In this document: positions 32,221 to 47,600 of the stretch, in pieces | Layout of the letters: each line of letters begins with the position of its first letter | Numbering within the stretch: position 1 is the stretch's first letter | Source: Eledone cirrhosa | Lineage: Eukaryota | NCBI GenBank assembly: GCA_964016885.1 | Contig: OZ024741.1 | Span: 31,992,001-32,056,000 of the forward strand | Reading direction: 5' to 3' | Length of the DNA: 64,000 nt | Notes under the pieces: generated by a model | Databases searched by the model: none | Told to the model about the DNA's origin: nothing | The model's input: only the letters and a program-made list of their open reading frames with translations | Translations under genes and position numbers: made by a program

Positions 32221-35200
32221 CACTCTGACACCAACACCAGTATCGTCAAGATACCTCACTCTGACACCAACACCAGTATCGTCAAGATACCTCACTCTGA
32301 CACCAACACCAGTATCGTCAAGATACCTCACTCTGACACCATCCCCAGTATCGTCAAGATACCTCACTCTGACACCAACACCAGTATCGTCAAGATACCT
32401 CACTCTGACATCAACACCAGTATCGTCAAGATACCTCACTCTGACACCAACACCAGTATCGTCAAGATACCTCACCCTGACACCAACACCAGTATCGTCA
32501 AGATACCTCACCCTGACACCAACACCAGTATCGTCAAGATACCTCACTCTGACACCAACACCAGTATCGACAAGATACCTCACTCTGACAACATCACCAA
32601 TATCGTCAAGATACCTCACTCTGACAACATCACCAATATCGTCAAGATACCTCACTCTGACACCAACACCAGTATCGTCAAGATACCTCACTCTGACACC
32701 AACACCAGTATCGTCAAGATACCTCACTCTGACACCAACACCAGTATCGTCAAGATACCTCACTCTGACACCAACACCAGTATCGTCAAGATACCTCACT
32801 CTGACACCATCACCAGTATAGTCAAAATACCTCACTCTGACAACATCACCAGTATCGTCAAGATACCTCACCCTGACAACATCACCAGTAACGTCAAGAT
32901 ACCTCACTCTGACACCAACACCAGTATCGTCAAGATACCTCACTCTGACACCAACACCAGTATCGTCAAGATACCTCACTCTGACACCAACACCAGTATC
33001 GTCAAGATACCTCACTCTGACACCAACACCAGTATCGTCAAGATACCTCACTCTGACACCATCCCCAGTATCGTCAAGATACCTCACTCTGACACCAACA
33101 CCAGTATCGTCAAGATACCTCACTCTGACATCAACACCAGTATCGTCAAGATACCTCACTCTGACACCAACACCAGTATCGTCAAGATACCTCACCCTGA
33201 CACCAACACCAGTATCGTCAAGATACCTCACCCTGACACCAACACCAGTATCGTCAAGATACCTCACTCTGACACCAACACCAGTATCGACAAGATACCT
33301 CACTCTGACAACATCACCAATATCGTCAAGATACCTCACTCTGACAACATCACCAATATCGTCAAGATACCTCACTCTGACACCAACACCAGTATCGTCA
33401 AGATACCTCACTCTGACACCAACACCAGTATCGTCAAGATACCTCACTCTGACATCAACACCAGTATCGTCAAGATACCTCACTCTGACACCAACACCAG
33501 TATCGTCAAGATACCTCACCCTGACACCAACACCAGTATCGTCAAGATACCTCACCCTGACACCAACACCAGTATCGTCAAGATACCTCACTCTGACACC
33601 AACACCAGTATCGTCAAGATACCTCACTCTGACAACATCACCAGTAGCGTCAAGATACCTCACTCTGACACCAACACCAGTATCGTCAAGATACCTCACT
33701 CTGACACCAACACCAGTATCGTCAAGATACCTCACCCTGACACCAACACCAGTATCGTCAAGATACCTCACTCTGACACCAACACCAGTATCGTCAAGAT
33801 ACCTCACCCTGACACCAACACCAGTATCGTCAAGATACCTCACTCTGACAACATCACCAATATCGTCAAGATACCTCACTCTGACAACATCACCAATATC
33901 GTCAAGATACCTCACTCTGACACCAACACCAGTATCGTCAAGATACCTCACTCTGACACCAACACCAGTATCGTCAAGATACCTCACCCTGACAGCAACA
34001 CCAGTATCGTCAAGATACCTCACTCTGACAACAGCACCAATATCGTCAAGATACCTCACTCTGACAACATCACCAATATCGTCAAGATACCTCACTCTGA
34101 CACCAACCCCAGTATCGTCAAGATACCTCACTCTGACACCAACACCAGTATCGTCAAGATACCTCACTCTGACACCAACACCAGTATCGTCAAGATACCT
34201 CACTCTGACACCAACACCAGTATCGTCAAGATACCTCACTCTGACACCAACACCAGTATCGTCAAGATACCTCACCCTGACACCAACACCAGTATCGTCC
34301 AGATACCTCACCCTGACACCAACACCAGTATCGTCAAGATACCTCACTCTGACACCAACAGAAGTATCGTCAAGATACCTCACTCTGACAACATCACCAA
34401 TATCGTCAAGATACCTCACTCTGACAACATCACCAATATCGTCAAGATACCTCACTCTGACACCAACACCAGTATCGTCAAGGTACCTCACTCTGACACC
34501 AACACCAGTATCGTCAAGATACCTCACTCTGACACCAACACCAGTATCGTCAAGATACCTCACTCTGACACCAACACCACTATCGTCAAGATACCTCACT
34601 CTGACAACATCACCAGTATCGTCAAGATACCTCACTCTGACACCAACACCACTATAGTCAAGATACCTCACTCTGACACCAACACCAGTATCGTCAAGAT
34701 ACCTCACCCTGACACCAACACCAGTATCGTCAAGATACCTCACTCTGACACCAACACCAGTATCGTCAAGATACCTCACCCTGACACCAACACCAGTATC
34801 GTCAGGAAACCTCACCCTGACACCAACACCAGTATCGTCAGGATACCTCACTCTGACAGCAACCCCAGTATCGTCAAGATACCTCATCCTGACACCAACA
34901 CCAGTATCGTCAAGATACCTCACTCTGACACCAACGCCAGTATCGTCAAGATACCTCACCCTGACACCAACACCAGTATCGTCAACGTACCTCACTCTGA
35001 CACCAACCCCAGTATCGTCAAGATACCTCAATCTGACACCAACACCAGTATCGTCAAGATACCTCACCCTGACACCAACACCAGTATCGTCAAGATACCT
35101 CACCCTGACACCATCACCAGTATCGTCAAGATACCTCACTCTGACACCAACACCAGTATCGTCAAGATACCTCACTCTGACACCAACACCAGTATCGTCA

Positions 35201-35369
35201 AGATACCTCACCCTGACACCAACACCAGTATCGTCAAGATACCTCACTCTGACACCAACACCAGTATCGTCAAGATACCTCACCCTGACACCAACACCAG
35301 TATCGTCAAGATACCTCACTCTGACAACATCACCAATATCGTCAAGATACCTCACTCTGACAACATCAC

Positions 35370-38300
35370 CAATATCGTCAAGATACCTCACTCTGACACC
35401 AACCCCAGTATCGTCAAGATACCTCACTCTGACACCAACACCAGTATCGTCAAGATACCTCACTCTGACACCAACACCAGTATCGTCAAGATACCTCACT
35501 CTGACACCAACACCAGTATCGTCAAGATACCTCACTCTGACTCCAACACCAGTATCGTCAAGATACCTCACTCTGACAACATCTGCAGTATCGTCAAGAT
35601 ACCTCACTCTGACACCAACACCAGTATCGTCAAGCTACCTCACTCTGACAACATCACCAGTATCGTCAAGATACCTCACTCTGACACCAACACCAGTATC
35701 GTCAAGATACCTCACTCTGACACCAACACCAGTATCGTCAAGATACCTCACTCTGACAACATCACCAGTATCGTCAAGATACCTCACTCTGACACCAACA
35801 CCAGTATCGTCAAGATACCTCACTCTGACACCAACACCAGTATCGTCAAGATACCTCACTCTGACACCAACACCAGTATCATCAAGATACCTCACTCTGA
35901 CACCAACACCAGTATCGTCAAGATACCTCACTCTGACACCAACACCAGTATCGTGAAGATACCTCACTCTGACAACATCACCAGTATCGTCAAGATACCT
36001 CACTCTGACACCAACACCAGTATCGTCAAGATACCTCACCCTGACAACAACACCAGTATCGTCAGGACACCTCACTCTGACACCAACACCAGTATCGTCA
36101 AGATACCTCACTCTGACACCAACACCAGTATCGTCAAGATACCTCACTCTGACACCAACACCAGTATCGTCAAGATACCTCACTCTGACACCAACACCAG
36201 TATCGTCAAGATACCTCACTCTGACAACATCACCAGTATCGTCAAGATACCTCACCCTGACACCAACACCAGTATCGTCAAGATACCTCACTCTGACACC
36301 AACACCAGTATCGTCAAGATACCTCACCCTGACACCAACACCAGTATCGTCAGGATACCTCACCCTGACACCAACACCAGTATCGTCAGGATACCTCACA
36401 TTGACACCAACCCCAGTATCGTCAAGATACATAACTCTGACACCAACACCAGTATCGTCAAGATACCTCACTCTGACACCAACCCCAGTATCGTCAAGAT
36501 ACCTCACTCTGACACCAACACCAGTATCGTCAAGATACCTCACTCTGACACCAACACCAGTATCGTCAAGATACATAACTCTGACACCAACACCAGTATC
36601 GTCAAGATACCTCACTCTGACACCAACACCAGTATCGTCAAGATACCTCACTCTGACAACATCACCAGTATCGTCAAGATACCTCACTCTGACAACATCA
36701 CCAGTATCGTCAAGATACCTCACTCTGACACCAACACCAGTAACGTCAAGATACCTCACTCTGACACCAACACCAGTATCGTCAAGACACCTCACCCTGA
36801 CACCAACACCAGTATCGTCAAGATACCTCACTCTGACACCAACACCAGTATCGTCAAGATACCTCACTCTGACACCAACACCAGTATCGTCAAGATACCT
36901 CACTCTGACAACATCACCAATATCGTCAAGATACCTCACTCTGACAACATCACCAATATCGTCAAGATACCTCACTCTGACAACATCACCAGTATCGTCA
37001 GGATACCTCACTCTGACACCAACACCAGTATCGTCAAGATACCTCACTCTGACAACATCACCAGTAACGTCAAGATACCTCACTCTGACACCAACACCAG
37101 TATCGTCAAGATACCTCACTCTGACACCAACACCAGTATCGTCAAGATACCTCACTCTGACACCAACCCCAGTATCGTCAAGATACCTCACTCTGACACC
37201 AACACCAGTATCGTCAGGATACCTCACATTGACACCAACCCCAGTATCGTCAAGATACATAACTCTGACACCAACACCAGTATCGTCAAGATACCTCACT
37301 CTGACACCAACCCCAGTATCGTCAAGATACCTCACTCTGACACCAACACCAGTATCGTCAAGATACCTCACTCTGACACCAACACCAGTATCGTCAAGAT
37401 ACATAACTCTGACACCAACACCAGTATCGTCAAGATACCTCACTCTGACACCAACACCAGTATCGTCAAGATACCTCACTCTGACAACATCACCAGTATC
37501 GTCAAGATACCTCACTCTGACAACATCACCAGTATCGTCAAGATACCTCACTCTGACACCAACACCAGTATCGTCAAGATACCTCACTCTGACAACATCA
37601 CCAATATCGTCAAGATACCTCACTCTGACAACATCACCAATATCGTCAAGATACCTCACTCTGACAACATCACCAGTATCGTCAAGATATCTCACTCTGA
37701 CACCAACACCAGTATCGTCAAGATACCTCACTCTGACAACATCACCAGTATCGTCAGGATACCTCACTCTGACACCAACACCAGTATCGTCAAGATACCT
37801 CACTCTGACAACATCACCAGTAACGTCAATATACCTCACTCTGACACCAACACCAGTATCGTCAAGATACCTCACTCTGACACCAACACCAGTATCGTCA
37901 AGATACCTCACTCTGACACCAACCCCAGTATCGTCAAGATACCTCACTCTGACACCAACACCAGTATCGTCAAGATACCTCACCTTGACACCAACACCAG
38001 TATCGTCAAGATACCTCACTCTGACACCAACACCAGTATCGTCAAGATACCTCACCCTGACAACAACACCAGTATCGTCAAGATACCTCACCCTGACACC
38101 AACACCAGTATCGTCAAGATACCTCACCCTGACACCAACACCAGTATCGTCAAGATACCTCACTCTGACACCAACACCAGTAACGTCAAGATACCTCACT
38201 CTGACACCAACACCAGTATCGTCAAGACACCTCACCCTGACACCAACACCAGTATCGTCAAGATACCTCACTCTGACACCAACACCAGTATCGTCAAGAT

Positions 38301-41300
38301 ACCTCACTCTGACACCAACACCAGTATCGTCAAGATACCTCACTCTGACACCAACACCAGTATCGTCAGGATACCTCACTCTGACACCAACACCAGTATC
38401 GTCAAGATACCTCACCCTGACACCAACACCAGTATCGTCAAGATACCTCACTCTGACACCAACACCAGTATCGTCAAGATACCTCACTCTGACAACATCA
38501 CCAATATCGTCAAGATACCTCACTCTGACACCAACCCCAGTATCGTCAAGATACCTCACTCTGACACCAACACCAGTATCGTCAAGATACCTCACTCTGA
38601 CACCAACACCAGTATCGTCAAGATACCTCACTCTGACACCAACACCAGTATCGTCAAGATACCTCACTCTGACTCCAACACCAGTATCGTCAAGATACCT
38701 CACTCTGACAACATCTGCAGTATCGTCAAGATACCTCACTCTGACACCAACACCAGTATCGTCAAGCTACCTCACTCTGACAACATCACCAGTATCGTCA
38801 AGATACCTCACTCTGACACCAACACCAGTATCGTCAAGATACCTCACTCTGACACCAACACCAGTATCGTCAAGATACCTCACTCTGACAACATCACCAG
38901 TATCGTCAAGATACCTCACTCTGACACCAACACCAGTATCGTCAAGATACCTCACTCTGACACCAACACCAGTATCGTCAAGATACCTCACTCTGACACC
39001 AACACCAGTATCATCAAGATACCTCACTCTGACACCAACACCAGTATCGTCAAGATACCTCACTCTGACACCAACACCAGTATCGTGAAGATACCTCACT
39101 CTGACAACATCACCAGTATCGTCAAGATACCTCACTCTGACACCAACACCAGTATCGTCAAGATACCTCACCCTGACAACAACACCAGTATCGTCAGGAC
39201 ACCTCACTCTGACACCAACACCAGTATCGTCAAGATACCTCACTCTGACACCAACACCAGTATCGTCAAGATACCTCACTCTGACACCAACACCAGTATC
39301 GTCAAGATACCTCACTCTGACACCAACACCAGTATCGTCAAGATACCTCACTCTGACAACATCACCAGTATCGTCAAGATACCTCACCCTGACACCAACA
39401 CCAGTATCGTCAAGATACCTCACTCTGACACCAACACCAGTATCGTCAAGATACCTCACCCTGACACCAACACCAGTATCGTCAGGATACCTCACCCTGA
39501 CACCAACACCAGTATCGTCAGGATACCTCACATTGACACCAACCCCAGTATCGTCAAGATACATAACTCTGACACCAACACCAGTATCGTCAAGATACCT
39601 CACTCTGACACCAACCCCAGTATCGTCAAGATACCTCACTCTGACACCAACACCAGTATCGTCAAGATACCTCACTCTGACACCAACACCAGTATCGTCA
39701 AGATACATAACTCTGACACCAACACCAGTATCGTCAAGATACCTCACTCTGACACCAACACCAGTATCGTCAAGATACCTCACTCTGACAACATCACCAG
39801 TATCGTCAAGATACCTCACTCTGACAACATCACCAGTATCGTCAAGATACCTCACTCTGACACCAACACCAGTAACGTCAAGATACCTCACTCTGACACC
39901 AACACCAGTATCGTCAAGACACCTCACCCTGACACCAACACCAGTATCGTCAAGATACCTCACTCTGACACCAACACCAGTATCGTCAAGATACCTCACT
40001 CTGACACCAACACCAGTATCGTCAAGATACCTCACTCTGACAACATCACCAATATCGTCAAGATACCTCACTCTGACAACATCACCAATATCGTCAAGAT
40101 ACCTCACTCTGACAACATCACCAGTATCGTCAGGATACCTCACTCTGACACCAACACCAGTATCGTCAAGATACCTCACTCTGACAACATCACCAGTAAC
40201 GTCAAGATACCTCACTCTGACACCAACACCAGTATCGTCAAGATACCTCACTCTGACACCAACACCAGTATCGTCAAGATACCTCACTCTGACACCAACC
40301 CCAGTATCGTCAAGATACCTCACTCTGACACCAACACCAGTATCGTCAGGATACCTCACATTGACACCAACCCCAGTATCGTCAAGATACATAACTCTGA
40401 CACCAACACCAGTATCGTCAAGATACCTCACTCTGACACCAACCCCAGTATCGTCAAGATACCTCACTCTGACACCAACACCAGTATCGTCAAGATACCT
40501 CACTCTGACACCAACACCAGTATCGTCAAGATACATAACTCTGACACCAACACCAGTATCGTCAAGATACCTCACTCTGACACCAACACCAGTATCGTCA
40601 AGATACCTCACTCTGACAACATCACCAGTATCGTCAAGATACCTCACTCTGACAACATCACCAGTATCGTCAAGATACCTCACTCTGACACCAACACCAG
40701 TATCGTCAAGATACCTCACTCTGACAACATCACCAATATCGTCAAGATACCTCACTCTGACAACATCACCAATATCGTCAAGATACCTCACTCTGACAAC
40801 ATCACCAGTATCGTCAAGATATCTCACTCTGACACCAACACCAGTATCGTCAAGATACCTCACTCTGACAACATCACCAGTATCGTCAGGATACCTCACT
40901 CTGACACCAACACCAGTATCGTCAAGATACCTCACTCTGACAACATCACCAGTAACGTCAATATACCTCACTCTGACACCAACACCAGTATCGTCAAGAT
41001 ACCTCACTCTGACACCAACACCAGTATCGTCAAGATACCTCACTCTGACACCAACCCCAGTATCGTCAAGATACCTCACTCTGACACCAACACCAGTATC
41101 GTCAAGATACCTCACCTTGACACCAACACCAGTATCGTCAAGATACCTCACTCTGACACCAACACCAGTATCGTCAAGATACCTCACCCTGACAACAACA
41201 CCAGTATCGTCAAGATACCTCACCCTGACACCAACACCAGTATCGTCAAGATACCTCACCCTGACACCAACACCAGTATCGTCAAGATACCTCACTCTGA

Positions 41301-41630
41301 CACCAACACCAGTAACGTCAAGATACCTCACTCTGACACCAACACCAGTATCGTCAAGACACCTCACCCTGACACCAACACCAGTATCGTCAAGATACCT
41401 CACTCTGACACCAACACCAGTATCGTCAAGATACCTCACTCTGACACCAACACCAGTATCGTCAAGATACCTCACTCTGACACCAACACCAGTATCGTCA
41501 GGATACCTCACTCGGACACCAACACCAGTATCGTCAAGATACCTCACCCTGACACCAACACCAGTATCGTCAAGATACCTCACTCTGACACCAACACCAG
41601 TATCGTCAAGATACCTCACTCTGACACCAA
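35370..41630. repeat. Near-perfect higher-order tandem duplication, period 3,132 bp (87 monomers); ends approximate
   Basis: GACTCC 35542/38674, CTGCAG 35583/38715, AAGCTAC 35635/38767 and ORF starts 36401/39533 all differ by 3132. Confidence 0.92.
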
Positions 41631-44600
41631 CACCAGTATCGTCAAGATACCTCACTCTGACACCAACACCAGTATCGTCAAGATACCTCACCCTGACACC
41701 AACACCAGTATCGTCAAGATACCTCACTCTGACACCAACACCAGTATCGTCAAGATACCTCACCCTGACACCAACACCAGTATCGTCAAGATACCTCACT
41801 CTGACAACATCACCAATATCGTCAAGATACCTCACTCTGACAACATCACCAATATCGTCAAGATACCTCACTCTGACACCAACACCAGTATCGTCAAGAT
41901 ACCTCACCCTGACACCAACACCAGTATCGTCAAGATACCTCACTCTGACAACATCACCAATATCGTCAAGATACCTCGCTCTGACACCAACACCAATATC
42001 GTCAAGATACCTCACTCTGACACCAACCCCAATATCGTCACGATACCTCACTCTGACACCAACACCAGTATCGTCAAGACACATCACTCTGACACCAACA
42101 CCAGTATCGTCAAGATACCTCACTCTGACACCAACACCAGTATCGTCAAGATACCTCACTCTGACAACATCACCAGTATCGTCAAGATACCTCACCCTGA
42201 CACCAACACCAGTGTCGTCAAGACACCTCACTCTGACACCAACACCAGTATCGTCAAGATACCTCACTCTGACACCAACACCAGTATCGTCAAGATACAT
42301 AACTCTGACACCAACACCAGTATCGTCAAGATACCTTACTCTGACACCAACACCAGTATCGTCAAGATACCTCACTCTGACAACATCACCAGTATCGTCA
42401 AGATACCTCACTCTGACAACATCACCAGTATCGTCAAGATACCTCACTCTGACACCAACACCAGTATCGTCAAGATACCTCACTCTGACAACATCACCAA
42501 TATCGTCAAGATACCTCACTCTGACAACATCACCAATATCGTCAAGATACCTCACTCTGACAACATCACCAGTATCGTCAAGATATCTCACTCTGACACC
42601 AACACCAGTATCGTCAAGATACCTCACTCTGACAACATCACCAGTATCGTCAGGATACCTCACTCTGACACCAACACCAGTATCGTCAAGATACCTCACT
42701 CTGACAACATCACCAGTAACGTCAAGATACCTCACTCTGACACCAACACCAGTATCGTCAAGATACCTCACTCTGACACCAACACCAGTATCGTCAAGAT
42801 ACCTCACTCTGACACCAACACCAGTATCGTCAAGATACCTCACTCTGACACCAACACCAGTATCGTCAAGATACCTCACTCTGACACCAACACCAGTATC
42901 GTCAAGATACCTCACTCTGACACCAACACCAGTATCGTCAAGATACCTCACCCTGACAACAACACCAGTATCGTCAAGATACCTCACTCTGACACCAACA
43001 CCAGTATCGTCAAGATACCTCACCCTGACACCAACACCAGTATCGTCAAGATAGCTCACCCTGACACCAACACCAGTATCGTCAAGATACCTCACTCTGA
43101 CACCAACACCAGTAACGTCAAGATACCTCACTCTGACACCAACACCAGTATCGTCAAGACACCTCACCCTGACACCAACACCAGTATCGTCAAGATACCT
43201 CACTCTGACACCAACACCAGTATCGTCAAGATACCTCACTCTGACACCAACATCAGTATCGTCAAGATACCTCACTCTGACACCAACACCAGTATCGTCA
43301 AGATACCTCACTCTGACACCAACACCAGTATCGTCAAGATACCTCACCCTGACACCAACACCAGTATCGTCAAGATACCTCACTCTGACACCAACACCAG
43401 TATCGTCAAGATACCTCACTCTGACACCAACACCAGTATCGTCAAGATACCTCACTCTGACACCAACACCAGTATCGTCAAGATACCTCACCCTGACACC
43501 AACACCAGTATCGTCAAGATACCTCACTCTGACACCAACACCAGTATCGTCAAGATACCTCACCCTGACACCAACACCAGTATCGTCAAGATACCTCACT
43601 CTGATAACATCACCAATATCGTCAAGATACCTCACTCTGACAACATCACCAATATCGTCAAGATACCTCACTCTGACACCAACACCAGTATCGTCAAGAT
43701 ACCTCACTCTGACACCAACACCAGTATCGTCAAGATAGCTCACCCTGACACCAACACCAGTATCGTCAAGATACCTCACTCTGACAACATCACCAATATC
43801 GTCAAGATACCTCACTCTGACAACATCACCAATACCGTCAAGATACCTCACTCTGACACCAACCCCAGTATCGTCAAGATACCTCACTCTGACACCAACA
43901 CCAGTATCGTCAAGATACCTCACTCTGACACCAACACCAGTATCATCAAGATACCTCACTCTGACACCAACACCAGTATCGTCGAGATACCTCACTCTGA
44001 CACCAACACCAGTATCGTGAAGATACCTCACTCTGACAACATCACCAGTATCGTCAAGATACCTCACTCTGACACCAACACCAGTATCGTCAAGATACCT
44101 CACCCTGACAACAACACCAGTATCGTCAGGACACCTCACTCTGACACCACCACCAGTATCGTCAAGATACCTCACTCTGACACCAACACCAGTATCGTCA
44201 AGATACCTCACTCTGACACCAACACCAGTATCGTCAAGATACCTCACTCTGACACCAACACCAGTATCGTCAAGATACCTCACTCTGACAACATCACCAG
44301 TATCGTCAAGATACCTCACCCTGACACCAACACCAGTATCGTCAAGATACCTCACTCTGACACCAACACCAGTATCGTCAAGATACCTCACCCTGACACC
44401 AACACCAGTATCGTCAGGATACCTCACCCTGACACCAACACCAGTATCGTCAGGATACCTCACATTGACACCAACCCCAGTATCGTCAAGATACATAACT
44501 CTGACACCAACACCAGTATCGTCAAGATACCTCACTCTGACACCAACCCCAGTATCGTCAAGATACCTCACTCTGACACCAACACCAGTATCGTCAAGAT

Positions 44601-47600
44601 ACCTCACTCTGACACCAACACCAGTATCGTCAAGATACATAACTCTGACACCAACACCAGTATCGTCAAGATACCTCACTCTGACACCAACACCAGTATC
44701 GTCAAGATACCTCACTCTGACAACATCACCAGTATCGTCAAGATACCTCACTCTGACAACATCACCAGTATCGTCAAGATACCTCACTCTGACACCAACA
44801 CCAGTATCGTCAAGATACCTCACTCTGACAACATCACCAATATCGTCAAGATACCTCACTCTGACAACATCACCAATATCGTCAAGATACCTCACTCTGA
44901 CAACATCACCAGTATCGTCAAGATATCTCACTCTGACACCAACACCAGTATCGTCAAGATACCTCACTCTGACAACATCACCAGTATCGTCAGGATACCT
45001 CACTCTGACACCAACACCAGTATCGTCAAGATACCTCACTCTGACAACATCACCAGTAACGTCAAGATACCTCACTCTGACACCAACACCAGTATCGTCA
45101 AGATACCTCACTCTGACACCAACACCAGTATCGTCAAGATACCTCACTCTGACACCAACCCCAGTATCGTCAAGATACCTCACTCTGACACCAACACCAG
45201 TATCGTCAAGATACCTCACATTGACACCAACACCAGTATCGTCAAGATACCTCACTCTGACACCAACACCAGTATCGTCAAGATACCTCACCCTGACAAC
45301 AACACCAGTATCGTCAAGATACCTCACCCTGACACCAACACCAGTATCGTCAAGATACCTCACCCTGACACCAACACCAGTATCGTCAAGATACCTCACT
45401 CTGACACCAACACCAGTAACGTCAAGATACCTCACTCTGACACCAACACCAGTATCGTCAAGACACCTCACCCTGACACCAACACCAGTATCGTCAAGAT
45501 ACCTCACTCTGACACCAACACCAGTATCGTCAAGATACCTCACTCTGACACCAACACCAGTATCGTCAAGATACCTCACTCTGACACCAACACCAGTATC
45601 GTCAAGATACCTCACTCTGACACCAACACCAGTATCGTCAAGATACCTCACCCTGACACCAACACCAGTATCGTCAAGATACCTCACTCTGACACCAACA
45701 CCAGTATCGTCAAGATACCTCACTCTGACACCAACACCAGTATCGTCAAGATACCTCACTCTGACACCAACACCAGTATCGTCAAGATACCTCACCCTGA
45801 CACCAACACCAGTATCGTCAAGATACCTCACTCTGACACCAACACCAGTATCGTCAAGATACCTCACCCTGACACCAACACCAGTATCGTCAAGATACCT
45901 CACTCTGACAACATCACCAATATCGTCAAGATACCTCACTCTGACAACATCACCAATATCGTCAAGATACCTCACTCTGACACCAACACCAGTATCGTCA
46001 AGATACCTCACCCTGACACCAACACCAGTATCGTCAAGATACCTCACTCTGACAACATCACCAATATCGTCAAGATACCTCACTCTGACACCAACACCAA
46101 TATCGTCAAGATACCTCACTCTGACACCAACCCCAATATCGTCACGATACCTCACTCTGACACCAACACCAGTATCGTCAAGACACATCACTCTGACACC
46201 AACACCAGTATCGTCAAGATACCTCACTCTGACACCAACACCAGTATCGTCAAGATACCTCACTCTGACAACATCACCAGTATCGTCAAGATACCTCACC
46301 CTGACACCAACACCAGTGTCGTCAAGACACCTCACTCTGACACCAACACCAGTATCGTCAAGATACCTCACTCTGACACCAACACCAGTATCGTCAAGAT
46401 ACCTCACTCTGACAACATCACCAGTATCGTCAAGATACCTCACCCTGACACCAACACCAGTGTCGTCAAGACACCTCACTCTGACACCAACACCAGTATT
46501 GTCAAGATAACTCACTCTGACACCAACACCAGTATCGTCAGGACACCTCACTCTGACAACATCACCAATATCGTCAAGATACCTCACTCTGACAACATCA
46601 CCAGTATCGTCAAGATACCTCACTCTGACAACATCACCAGTATCGTCAAGATACCTCACCCTGACACCAATACCAGTATCGTCAAGATACCTCACTCTGA
46701 CACCAACACCAGTATCGTCAAGATACCTCACTCTGACACCAACACCAGTATCGTCAAGATACCTCACTCTGACAACATCACCAGTATCGTCAAGATACCT
46801 CACTATGACACCAACACCAGTATCGTCAAGATACCTCACTCTGACACCAACACCAGTATCGTCAGGACACCTCACTCTGACACCAACCCCAGTATCGTCA
46901 AGATACATAACTCTGACACCAACACCAGTATCGTCAAGATACCTCACTCTGACACCAACCCCAGTATCGTCAAGATACCTCACTCTGACACCAACACCAG
47001 TATCGTCAAGATACCTCACTCTGACACCAACACCAGTATCGTCAAGATACATAACTCTGACACCAACACCAGTATCGTCAAGATACCTCACTCTGACACC
47101 AACACCAGTATCGTCAAGATACCTCACTCTGACAACATCACCAGTATCGTCAAGATACCTCACTCTGACAACATCACCAGTATCGTCAAGATACCTCACT
47201 CTGACACCAACACCAGTATCGTCAAGATACCTCACTCTGACAACATCACCAATATCGTCAAGATACCTCACTCTGACAACATCACCAATATCGTCAAGAT
47301 ACCTCACTCTGACAACATCACCAGTATCGTCAAGATATCTCACTCTGACACCAACACCAGTATCGTCAAGATACCTCACTCTGACAACATCACCAGTATC
47401 GTCAGGATACCTCACTCTGACACCAACACCAGTATCGTCAAGATACCTCACTCTGACAACATCACCAGTAACGTCAATATACCTCACTCTGACACCAACA
47501 CCAGTATCGTCAAGATACCTCACTCTGACACCAACACCAGTATCGTCAAGATACCTCACTCTGACACCAACCCCAGTATCGTCAAGATACCTCACTCTGA

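Noticed and set aside
36401-36406. TTGACA sigma70 -35 box in CACATTGACA variants; restriction sites (PstI, EcoRV, KpnI) suggesting a synthetic construct
   Set aside because: These are one- or two-base variants of the monomer with no matching -10 box or downstream gene. The irregular nested duplication pattern is typical of natural satellite evolution, not design.
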